Positions 47,391 to 55,107 of a DNA stretch of 64,000 bases are shown piece after piece. The position numbers were made by a program, and so were the translations under genes. The notes under the pieces are model-generated. The model was not told where the DNA came from and made no database searches. It saw only the letters and a list, made by a program, of their open reading frames with translations. Numbering within the stretch: the first letter of the stretch is position 1; the number at the start of each line of letters is the position of its first letter. The stretch covers positions 172,873-236,872 of the forward strand of contig CAAEEZ010000016.1 in NCBI GenBank assembly GCA_900755035.1. Reading direction: 5' to 3'. The stretch is from Clostridia bacterium. Its GTDB lineage: Bacteria; Bacillota; Clostridia; Christensenellales; CAAEEZ01.

Positions 47391-48247
47391 TATTTCTCTT
47401 TAACTTCCTTTTTATTGGGGTGTACGTTTATAGTAATTTTTGCTCTTTGGATAATAAGGCTATGATAACGTATTTCCGGTTGAAAAACTTTTACAACTTG
47501 ACCATTGGGTTTCTTTTTATCCTCGATTGTATCCACGGCACCAAAAACTTTCTTTTCTTCATCTGTTAAATCATTATAATTTAACCCTAAATAGTTAGGG
47601 ATATTCATTTCGTTTCTTAATAAAAACTCAATAAATATCTTCTCGTAGAAAAATTTTATTTGTTCAAATATCGGACTTTTATTCTTTTGCTGTTGCACTT
47701 TACAATAAATGTCATATATTTGGTTCGCAAAATCTTTTAATTGTGCGGTTATTTTAATTCTTTCTTCTTGTTTTGCATTTGCTAATTTTTCAACAGAAGG
47801 AAGAAAAGTATTCCCCTCAAATACTATTTTTCTAGAAAAATCTTTTAACGAAATACTTTCAGGCGAATCAATTAATTTTACTGTCCATCTATCACTATTT
47901 TCTTGAAGATAATTTTCTGCTTTAACATTAAAATCTTCGTCTTTTAAAAGAAATAAAATATATAAACGCAAATGTTGAGCATCTACGTCTTTAGGATAAT
48001 ATTCCAAAAACGATATTATTTTTTCATAAGCAGTTACAACTTTGTTTTCCTCTAATAATGTAATGGCCTCATTGTAATTGTTAAAGCGTGAAAAATAAAC
48101 GCTTTCAAATTCCTTTAATGAATAACGGCAATATTTACATTCCGTAGAATTTATGTTGTTATCCGTCCCACATAATGGACATTTATATAGCGTATAGTCG
48201 TTTTTTCGACTAATTGCTTGCGCAGAAAAATATTCAAACTGTCCCAT
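47390..48247 (-). CDS. Zinc-ribbon / helical-repeat protein with GrpE-like C-terminal domain (operon gene 2)
   Basis: 285 aa; CPLCG…CKYC ribbon; C-terminus …PNGQVVKVFQPEIRYHSLIIQRAKITI parallels the GrpE beta-domain (…V-x-QKGY-x-L-x-x-R-x-I-R-x-A-x-V-x-V); its stop overlaps the start of gene 3 (45561-47390) by 1 nt and the gene 1 stop overlaps its own start by 1 nt. Confidence 0.55.
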   Translation of the reverse strand: MGQFEYFSAQAISRKNDYTLYKCPLCGTDNNINSTECKYCRYSLKEFESVYFSRFNNYNEAITLLEENKVVTAYEKIISFLEYYPKDVDAQHLRLYILFLLKDEDFNVKAENYLQENSDRWTVKLIDSPESISLKDFSRKIVFEGNTFLPSVEKLANAKQEERIKITAQLKDFANQIYDIYCKVQQQKNKSPIFEQIKFFYEKIFIEFLLRNEMNIPNYLGLNYNDLTDEEKKVFGAVDTIEDKKKPNGQVVKVFQPEIRYHSLIIQRAKITINVHPNKKEVKEK

Positions 48248-51201
48248 TAGTCTTTGCTCACTCTTCCTTGGAATTTCTTAACTTTATCGCTAATTTCTTT
48301 AATGCCCGTTTGTTCAAGCAACATCATAAGACGTCTTGATTTTTGGATTGCGCGTTCAGCGATATCGTTATATTCGTCGTCCGTTTTTTCTTCAATATTC
48401 TTTATATCTAACGAGTTAAGGAATATAGTTACGTTTTCTATTTCTTGAGAAATAGAATTACGCAAAGAGTAATCGCTTAAAGTAGGAAGAATGCCTTGTG
48501 CATCAGTTATCAAATCGTAAATATGTTTCAAGCATATTGCCATCCAAGTTTTAGGATTTGATTTTATGTTCAAGATAGCTTTCATTCCTAACATATCTTG
48601 ATATCTTTCTTCAGCTTGTTTATAATCTTTTCTACTTAAAGCTCTTTTACCAAAGAACGCGTCGTCTTCAATTTTTGATATGTTAATATCGTCTTGTTGC
48701 GAAGCTAAATCTTTTAATTCTCGTTCTAACTCATCAAAATCTTCTTCAGTTAAGTCGCTAATACTGCTTGGAAGTTCACGAACAAGTGTCTCATACTTAT
48801 TAAGCGCATCCGTATAGTGGTTTTTATCGGAGTTAGCAACGGCTTCATTGAGCTCACGAGTGATATTTTCTTGCCTTGCAACAAATTCGGCTTTTGCTTC
48901 ACCGCGAACGTTTTCAATTTTATCGTAGAATTTTTCTTCAATATCCATAAGGGTGGAGTCATCTATATCTTTTGTTTCTGCATAAACGACTTTACCCTTA
49001 ATTTCTTTATTATTAAGCAATACTTTTAAGGTAACTTTTCCTAATACGTCAATTTCGGTGTTTACAGTTACTCGACTACCGAGTGGAGTATTTTCAGGCA
49101 CGTCTATAATAAGACTATAAATTTCACGATAACCTTCTTTAACGGGGAGAATAATTTGTTCTCGGCTATATTCGTTAATTTTAAAGTTGTGGCTTGCCGA
49201 ACAAGGGAGCGCCTCACCTTTATTTACTAACGGATAATCTTCCGTTTCTTGTCTTTCCAAGTCAACAATTTCTATACGGATGGTTTCGTTTTGGACAGGA
49301 GTAGGCGCAATTAAATTATTTTTTTCTACCGACTCCGTTAAGTTTGCTACCGTATTATTTCCAAAATAGAATTTATATTCTAATTTTTCATACACACCAT
49401 CAATGTCGGCAGAGAAGGTTCCGTCGCCTTGAACCGTTGCTTTAACTTCTTTTTCGTTAGAAATTAATCCAACTGTGTCAACTTGTCCTTTAATAAGTTT
49501 GCCCGATATGTTCATTGTTCCGTCAAACATATAAGGAGCATTGATTTCAACCACAATACCATTTTCCGTATCTTCAAATTTCATAGATTGAGTAGCGGCA
49601 ACGATACCTGCACCGTATCCAACTGCCAAGTCGGGGTCTGCTATAATCAACTCTTTAATCATTCCGCTATCAACAAATTTTTCTTTAACAGCGTTGCGAA
49701 CGTAAGGGATATGGCTTGAGCCACCAACCATTAAAACTCCCGTAATTTCAGAAAGTTGTCTGCCGCTTGCAACAAAAGCATCCAATGCTTTTTGGCATTC
49801 GTTAAAACTGTCAATTACGATTTTATCACGGATAAGTTCTTCAAATTTTGCTCTTGAAAAGTCTTCAATAATAAGGTCAACACCCGAATTGTCTTTGAAC
49901 ACATCGTAATAACTAATAGTATAGGTATCGTTTTGCGAAAGATTTTTCTTAACATTTTCAGCGGCAAGGAGAAGTGCATTATATTTATGTAAATCTTCTT
50001 TTTTAGTTAAATCTAAATCAATATCATATCCCAAATCGTTATTAAGAACATCAATAAAGTAGCGAGCGAGAAGATTATCGAAGTTATCTCCTCCCAAAAA
50101 GTTGTTGCCGGCAGTAGCCAAAACAACGGGTATGTTTTCTATTTTTTCGATAATAGAAACGTCAAACGTGCCACCGCCTAAATCGTAAACCATAAATACA
50201 CCGCTATTCACGTTGTTTTTAACGGTGTAATTTATAGCCGCTGCAGTCGGTTCTTCCAAAAGCATTAAAACTTCTAAACCTGCAAGTTCGCCCGCTTTGC
50301 GTGTAGCATCTTTTTGAGCGATAGAGAAGTAAGCGGGCACGGTAATAACGATTCTATCATACACAACATTTTCAGCTTTTTCCACTTGCTTGTTAAGTAT
50401 TTCCGCACAATATCTTACGATTTCGGCAGAGATTTCTTCAGGAGAATAGTTTTGACCATTCAAAACGGCGGGTTCTTCTTTACCCATCATTCTTTTGATT
50501 GAACGAATTTTTTCAATATGCGGATTGTTTTTAGGCGCAACACCCACTATAAATTTATCGCCTTTCTTAGCGACTAACGACGGAATCGTTTTAAGTTTTC
50601 CGTCTTCGGGACAAAAACTTGCACCGTTAATAAAAACTGAAGGTGTACTGTTTGTTGTTCCTAAATCAAGACCGAACGTTTTGTGAATAATCATTTTATT
50701 TATCTCCTTGTTTTGTTCTTCTAATGGTTTGTTTACTGCGGTATTTATTGCGACGGCTTTACTTTCACAACTTTCACCGATAATTTCTTCAATTTTAGTT
50801 ATAATTAGTTCATCATCATTATTTGGATAACTGCCGTAATTATAATGGGCTTTGTCATCCCAGCTACATAAAGCAATTTGATTTTGTCCTATTGTATATT
50901 CTGCGGTGAAATAATAATTTTGTTCTTTTACTAAAATTATTATATAGGCGCAGTCTGTAATAGAGATAGGCATAGTGGACGTCGTAAATCTATATTTTAG
51001 GGCGTTTAGATTTCCTACCTTAATAAATTCAATTTTATATGAAACAAAATCTGATAGATGCGCTTTTTCAATGGCGGTATCAATAATTTGCGTTGCACCA
51101 AAATTGTTTTTACCTTCGATAATACGGCTTAATAAATCTGAATCATAATTCAACACCATATTTCTTAATAATATGTGTTGAAAATTGTAATAGGCTCTCA
51201 T
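48247..51201 (-). CDS. Hsp70/DnaK-superfamily ATPase with unassigned 169-aa N-terminal domain (operon gene 1)
   Basis: 984 aa; GLDLGTTNS, VITVPAYFS, VYDLGGGTFDVS, MVGGSSHIPY motifs, then a beta-rich SBD-like region and a long helical C-terminus. Confidence 0.85.
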   Translation of the reverse strand: MRAYYNFQHILLRNMVLNYDSDLLSRIIEGKNNFGATQIIDTAIEKAHLSDFVSYKIEFIKVGNLNALKYRFTTSTMPISITDCAYIIILVKEQNYYFTAEYTIGQNQIALCSWDDKAHYNYGSYPNNDDELIITKIEEIIGESCESKAVAINTAVNKPLEEQNKEINKMIIHKTFGLDLGTTNSTPSVFINGASFCPEDGKLKTIPSLVAKKGDKFIVGVAPKNNPHIEKIRSIKRMMGKEEPAVLNGQNYSPEEISAEIVRYCAEILNKQVEKAENVVYDRIVITVPAYFSIAQKDATRKAGELAGLEVLMLLEEPTAAAINYTVKNNVNSGVFMVYDLGGGTFDVSIIEKIENIPVVLATAGNNFLGGDNFDNLLARYFIDVLNNDLGYDIDLDLTKKEDLHKYNALLLAAENVKKNLSQNDTYTISYYDVFKDNSGVDLIIEDFSRAKFEELIRDKIVIDSFNECQKALDAFVASGRQLSEITGVLMVGGSSHIPYVRNAVKEKFVDSGMIKELIIADPDLAVGYGAGIVAATQSMKFEDTENGIVVEINAPYMFDGTMNISGKLIKGQVDTVGLISNEKEVKATVQGDGTFSADIDGVYEKLEYKFYFGNNTVANLTESVEKNNLIAPTPVQNETIRIEIVDLERQETEDYPLVNKGEALPCSASHNFKINEYSREQIILPVKEGYREIYSLIIDVPENTPLGSRVTVNTEIDVLGKVTLKVLLNNKEIKGKVVYAETKDIDDSTLMDIEEKFYDKIENVRGEAKAEFVARQENITRELNEAVANSDKNHYTDALNKYETLVRELPSSISDLTEEDFDELERELKDLASQQDDINISKIEDDAFFGKRALSRKDYKQAEERYQDMLGMKAILNIKSNPKTWMAICLKHIYDLITDAQGILPTLSDYSLRNSISQEIENVTIFLNSLDIKNIEEKTDDEYNDIAERAIQKSRRLMMLLEQTGIKEISDKVKKFQGRVSKD

Positions 51202-51242
51202 TTGTTGTAATCTCCTGAAATTTTTCCTTTTGTTTTTACATT

Positions 51243-51254
51243 GAATTATCTAAT
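51243..51254. repeat. Inverted repeat, left arm (gaattatctaat)
   Basis: Perfect reverse complement of 51422-51433. Confidence 0.6.
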
Positions 51255-51267
51255 ACGTGTACTATAG

Positions 51268-51293
51268 AAAGATCTTTTACATCTATAGATGTA
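51268..51293. promoter_or_regulatory. Adjacent perfect palindromes (operator-like)
   Basis: AAAGATCTTT (51268-51277) is immediately followed by TACATCTATAGATGTA (51278-51293). Confidence 0.4.
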
Positions 51294-51319
51294 TCTAATG
51301 TACGCCTATATGTTTTCGA

Positions 51320-51348
51320 TTGACTAAATCGTAAAAAAGATGTATAAT
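51320..51348 (+). promoter_or_regulatory. Near-consensus sigma-A promoter inside the IR-flanked segment, facing away from the Hsp70-like operon
   Basis: TTGACT (51320-51325), 17-nt spacer, TATAAT (51343-51348) on the plus strand. Confidence 0.55.
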
Positions 51349-51421
51349 ATTATCAGTATTTTTCAAGAAAAAAAGGATTTTGACAATTTTTATCGTATAT
51401 TAAATATAGAGAAGTTCATAG

Positions 51422-51433
51422 ATTAGATAATTC
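51422..51433. repeat. Inverted repeat, right arm (attagataattc)
   Basis: Reverse complement of 51243-51254. Confidence 0.6.
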
Positions 51434-51439
51434 TATGTA

Positions 51440-51470
51440 GAAAAAGTGGCGAGCACGAAACTCGCCACTT
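51440..51470. terminator. Terminator hairpin after the tyrosine recombinase gene (potentially bidirectional)
   Basis: agtggcgag/ctcgccact stem flanked by A5 on one side and T4 on the other. Confidence 0.65.
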
Positions 51471-51479
51471 TTACCATTT

Positions 51480-52391
51480 TTAGAACAAAAACTTACCAAC
51501 GCGGTTCATCATTTCCGTCTTGTGTTCAAGCATAGAGTGAGCGTAGCGTTTTAAGGTTATCGTAGGGTTTTTGTGCCCTAAAATTTCCGATAGCGTTTTA
51601 ATATCCATTCCGCACTCTAAAGCGCGCGTTGCAAACGTATGACGAAGAGAGTGAAAGCCTTTATGCGGTAATTTCAAACGTTTTAATAATAGTTCGAAAC
51701 TCTTTTGATAAGAGCGAACCTGCGCACCATGTACGCGTTCACTACAAACAACGTAGTTTCCGCTTGACGATTTCTTATACTCTCTTAATCGTGAAAGCAG
51801 TTGCTTGGGTAAAGGAATAACACGTTCTGAAAAGTCCGTTTTTGGCGTGTCTATAACCTTAACGTATTTACCGTTTTCCCAACTATCGTGGCAAGATTTA
51901 GAAACAGTTATAATACCTTTTTGTAAATCTACGTCATCCCACGTAAGAGATAGAAGTTCGCCAATACGTAAGCCCGTGTAAAGACAAAGTACCACGCCGA
52001 ACAATTTATTTTTCTTCTTTTCAAAGATATATTGCTCGATTTTTCGTTGCTCTTCTTTAGAAAAACAATCAACTTGCTTTTCACGCTGTTTAGGACGCAC
52101 AATAGCCATTGTAAACTCTTTGTCCGTTACGCCAAGTAATACTGCTCGGCGCAAAGAAGATTTAAGCACGGATATAATGCCGTTTACGGTGTTTGCAGAT
52201 AGACCTTTTTCAGATAAATCCACAGTAAAACGTTGCAAAACGGTTGCCGTTAAATCGTTAAGTTCAAACTCTCCAAGCGCGGGGAGTATATGTAGTTCTA
52301 TTTGCCTTTTATATTTCTTGTACGTTCTAATTTTCGTAGTGGGCTTGACGTACAAAGCAAGCCACTCGTTTAACCAATTTTTATATTTCAA
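51480..52391 (-). CDS. Tyrosine site-specific recombinase (phage-integrase family)
   Basis: 303 aa; core-binding SAM-like N-domain, catalytic Arg (TGLRIGEL), HSLRHTF, LGH, RYAH(S) Tyr; TTG start after ggagg. Confidence 0.9.
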   Translation of the reverse strand: MKYKNWLNEWLALYVKPTTKIRTYKKYKRQIELHILPALGEFELNDLTATVLQRFTVDLSEKGLSANTVNGIISVLKSSLRRAVLLGVTDKEFTMAIVRPKQREKQVDCFSKEEQRKIEQYIFEKKKNKLFGVVLCLYTGLRIGELLSLTWDDVDLQKGIITVSKSCHDSWENGKYVKVIDTPKTDFSERVIPLPKQLLSRLREYKKSSSGNYVVCSERVHGAQVRSYQKSFELLLKRLKLPHKGFHSLRHTFATRALECGMDIKTLSEILGHKNPTITLKRYAHSMLEHKTEMMNRVGKFLF

Positions 52392-52556
52392 TAGTTTACC
52401 TCCGTTTGTGTTTTGCCGTCCCCGTTATAGGGGAACGGCTTAATTATTTTTAACCGTTTTTTTATTTCGGGATACGAAAACGGTCAAAACCCGTCCGCCG
52501 TTCCTTTTTACATTTTACTATTTTCTTTACCTTAATCGGCGGTTATCTCTATGTAA

Positions 52557-52742
52557 TCAACGAGATTCTTTATTTTGTTTTTTATTAAGTTGTAATTTGT
52601 GCCTTTCGGCTTTCCACGCTTCAAACTCCTCTTGCACTTTTCCGTCCTCAAAAAGTTTTTGTATCGCGGGAAGTAATGCTCTTGCGAGCGAGTCAATTTC
52701 ATAGTCCGGTATTCCCGTGGTGTTCTTGCGCTTTCTCGGCAT
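52557..52742 (-). CDS. Small basic mobile-element protein (function unknown, possibly a recombination directionality or accessory factor)
   Basis: 61 aa, MPRKRKNTTGIPDYEIDSLARALLP…; sits between the relaxase and recombinase genes. Confidence 0.5.
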   Translation of the reverse strand: MPRKRKNTTGIPDYEIDSLARALLPAIQKLFEDGKVQEEFEAWKAERHKLQLNKKQNKESR

Positions 52743-52769
52743 CCTCTATAGCGTTTTCCTCCTTCTCGT

Positions 52770-53930
52770 TTATTTGCTCCAAGTATATTCGGAGCGATTT
52801 TCTTTTGTTTGTTCCGTTTGTTCTTGCCGCTTTTCTTTTTCGATTTCCTGCTCGATCTCCCTTAATCGATTACGCGACAGGAGAACGGGCGCGGCGAAAA
52901 GGTCTATGAACGATTGCATTGCCGACGTCGCTTTGAAGAACGTTCTTGCATACGCTTCCGGCTCGTGTTGCCTGACCGCGAGCATAGCGTTCTTGGCAAC
53001 TTCCACTTTCCTCTCAAATCCTTTTGCCTTTTGACATTCTTTGAATAAGTCTCCGTTATCTTTGGCGAGTACTGCGTTCTCGTTTTCAAGCCGCTTGTTC
53101 TCAATGGTCAGAGCGATTACTTGTTCTTTCAATCCTCTTTTGCCGTGGGCAACGTCGCCGTTCTTGGCTTCTTCTAACGCTTGACTGTAATCCGCTTCTT
53201 TGTCTCGCTCAGCAATGATTCTGTCCCTTTCCTTGCGCGCTTGCTCCGTCTGTCGGATCGTCCTGTCAAGATATTCTCTTGCCGTAGCGTTGGCTTCTTT
53301 TAAGTCCTCGTTTTCGGCTCGCGCATCGTCGGTGGCTTGCTTTACGACTTTGTGATAGGTTTTCGGATCGACATGCTTGGCTGTGCTTCCGACTTTACCC
53401 CGTGACAAATTCCACTTCTTACCGACTTCTTCATATACGGCGGTTTGCAATTCCGCTAATTTCCCGTCAAAGTAGTATTTAGCACTCAATCGGTTGTCGG
53501 GGGTGATCGGTACGAAGTTGATATGCAGGTGCGGCGTTGTTTCGTCCTTGTGGACAACGGCGGAGATGATGTTTTCTTCGCCGTATCTCTTCTTGACGAA
53601 GTTCACGCAGTCGGCAAAGAAAGCACGTTCGACTTCCAACGGCATACTGTCGAAGAAATCTTTGTCCGACGTCATCACGAACGATACCATCTTGATCGCG
53701 TCGTCTTTGACTTTCCGTTTCACGCCTGCTTGCCTGATCCGTTGGTTGATAAACTCCGCATAGCCTTTTTCGGGCGGTGGGATCATGTGATAGTTATTCT
53801 TTGTGCGGCTCGTGTCAATCGTTTCCTTTCCGATGCGGACGTAGCCCTCTTGACGTTCGTTCTCCAAAGCGACTTTTACAATATCGCCTTGCGGATATTT
53901 TTTCATGTTCAGCACGATATAAGATATAAT
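52770..53930 (-). CDS. MobV-family (Pre/Mob) relaxase
   Basis: VVHKDETTPHLHINFVPI is the HxDE…PHxH motif. The N-terminus (I)ISYIVLNMKKY parallels MobV MSYxVxRxxK. An AGGAGG sits 5-8 nt upstream of ATT/ATA codons at 53930/53927, so a non-ATG start is likely; the alternative ATG is at 53906. Confidence 0.8.
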   Translation of the reverse strand: MISYIVLNMKKYPQGDIVKVALENERQEGYVRIGKETIDTSRTKNNYHMIPPPEKGYAEFINQRIRQAGVKRKVKDDAIKMVSFVMTSDKDFFDSMPLEVERAFFADCVNFVKKRYGEENIISAVVHKDETTPHLHINFVPITPDNRLSAKYYFDGKLAELQTAVYEEVGKKWNLSRGKVGSTAKHVDPKTYHKVVKQATDDARAENEDLKEANATAREYLDRTIRQTEQARKERDRIIAERDKEADYSQALEEAKNGDVAHGKRGLKEQVIALTIENKRLENENAVLAKDNGDLFKECQKAKGFERKVEVAKNAMLAVRQHEPEAYARTFFKATSAMQSFIDLFAAPVLLSRNRLREIEQEIEKEKRQEQTEQTKENRSEYTWSK

Positions 53931-53963
53931 GGTTTCCTCCTGTAAATTTCGTTTTTTTGTTGC

Positions 53964-54072
53964 GCGAAATAGGTGTGTAGAAACAGTCATCCCGACTTTG
54001 TTCGGTGGACAAAAAGCCTCGCAGAGCCTACGACCAAACAACGTTTGGTGTAGTAGGCTACACCTATTTCGC
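53964..54072. promoter_or_regulatory. Candidate oriT region (13-bp inverted repeat with GTGTGT)
   Basis: gcgaaataggtgt (53964-53976) and acacctatttcgc (54060-54072) are perfect complements. GTGTGT lies next to the left arm, just upstream of the relaxase start. Confidence 0.4.
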
Positions 54073-54230
54073 TTCATCTCGTTTTGCTTGCAATTTGCTT
54101 TCCAAATAGGTCATTTTGCAATCACTTCCACAAGCGTTTAACGACCGCTTGCAAGTCATCCTACAATCATATCAATCACCGTCCTTGTTATATTTGTCCC
54201 TTCACGTAAAAGGGCTGTTTTCCACAGACA

Positions 54231-54262
54231 ACAAAAAATGCCGCTGAATATAGAGCGGCATT
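54231..54262 (-). terminator. Rho-independent terminator
   Basis: atgccgct/agcggcat stem, T6 on the minus strand. Confidence 0.65.
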
Positions 54263-54398
54263 CATACGATAAAAAAGGAAGTCCTATCACAGAAATTCCT
54301 TATTTACAAATATTCAGTTGTGAATGGGGAGAGATTGTTTTACCCTACATAATATAGCCATAACGGCGTTAAAAAATCGTACCCCCTGTAAAAATGAC

Positions 54399-54986
54399 CT
54401 AATTTTCTCCGAAAAGCGCCTTTAACAAGCGCAGTTCAAGCGTTTCTTCTTGGGTTCGTTTCAGAAGTTTGTGCTGTTCCTTTTTGCGCTTTCGCGCCTC
54501 TTTGCGTCTCAGGCGTTTTCGTTCTTTTCTCGCTTCCATTGCTTGCTGATGCAATTTTTCAAGGTTATCTTCTGCTTTCAGAATAAGTTTACGGACGGCT
54601 CCTTCGGTAACGCCCATCTCATCGGCAATACGGACTTTTTTCATATTCAAATACTTGAACATAAAATACGCTTGCGCTTGGCGCGGAGTCAGTTTTGCTT
54701 CTAATCTACGTTGCTGACGGTCGAGCCTTTCTTGCTCCAAGCGTTCGTTCTCTGCATCACGCTCGGCTTCTTCCTGTTTCTCCCAAATCACTTCAATATC
54801 CTCATCTGGATCGGGGAAGTCAAAGCCGTCTTCCAACATTTTACTCAAAGAAACCTGCCGCCGTGTTTCTTTGCGATTGACTTTTTTCTCGTATTTTTCT
54901 ATTTCCGCAAAAACTTCGGCAACGTCATCTTCGACTTCGATATTTTCTATATGCCCATCGGCAAATTCGTAAGTAATTGTTTTCAT
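54399..54986 (-). CDS. Sigma-70 region-4-like HTH protein of the mobilisation module
   Basis: …LTPRQAQAYFMFKYLNMKKVRIADEMGVTEGAVRKLILKA…; the ATG at 54986 lies 7 nt after a -10 box, so the mRNA is probably leaderless. Confidence 0.65.
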   Translation of the reverse strand: MKTITYEFADGHIENIEVEDDVAEVFAEIEKYEKKVNRKETRRQVSLSKMLEDGFDFPDPDEDIEVIWEKQEEAERDAENERLEQERLDRQQRRLEAKLTPRQAQAYFMFKYLNMKKVRIADEMGVTEGAVRKLILKAEDNLEKLHQQAMEARKERKRLRRKEARKRKKEQHKLLKRTQEETLELRLLKALFGEN

Positions 54987-54992
54987 AGTTGT

Positions 54993-55021
54993 ATTATACC
55001 ACAAAAGTGTGCAAATTTCAA
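54993..55021 (-). promoter_or_regulatory. Strong sigma-A promoter (extended -10) giving a probable leaderless transcript
   Basis: Minus strand TTGAAA, 17-nt spacer ending in TGg, TATAAT, then acaactATG. Confidence 0.6.
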
Positions 55022-55107
55022 TCCTTAATGCCGATAAACACGCAAAAACGAAAAAAGCGACGGAACGTGAATCCCGCCGCTCTTTGTGCTTATTTTAGTA
55101 TAAAAGT

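Noticed and set aside
48247-51201. Could the Hsp70-like gene simply be the housekeeping dnaK?
   Set aside because: There is no hrcA or dnaJ nearby and the GrpE-like gene is downstream and highly divergent with a zinc ribbon. The protein has an extra 169-aa N-domain and an atypical long C-terminus. The locus is inside an AT-rich island flanked by recombinases.
51380-51408. Second TTGACA hexamer (51380-51385) as another promoter in the IR-flanked segment
   Set aside because: No acceptable -10 lies at 16-18 nt spacing; the best candidates match only 3 of 6 positions.
53931-54077. N-terminal 49-aa extension of the relaxase ORF as given in the track (start 54077)
   Set aside because: The extension covers the inverted-repeat/oriT-like region and has no SD. 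The conserved MobV N-terminus begins at 53930/53927 right after AGGAGG.
52676-55028. Multiple plus-strand ORFs (61-140 aa) across the relaxase/HTH module
   Set aside because: They overlap strongly supported minus-strand genes (MobV motifs, sigma-like HTH). The GC-richer sequence inflates random ORF length, and no motifs or SD sequences are present.
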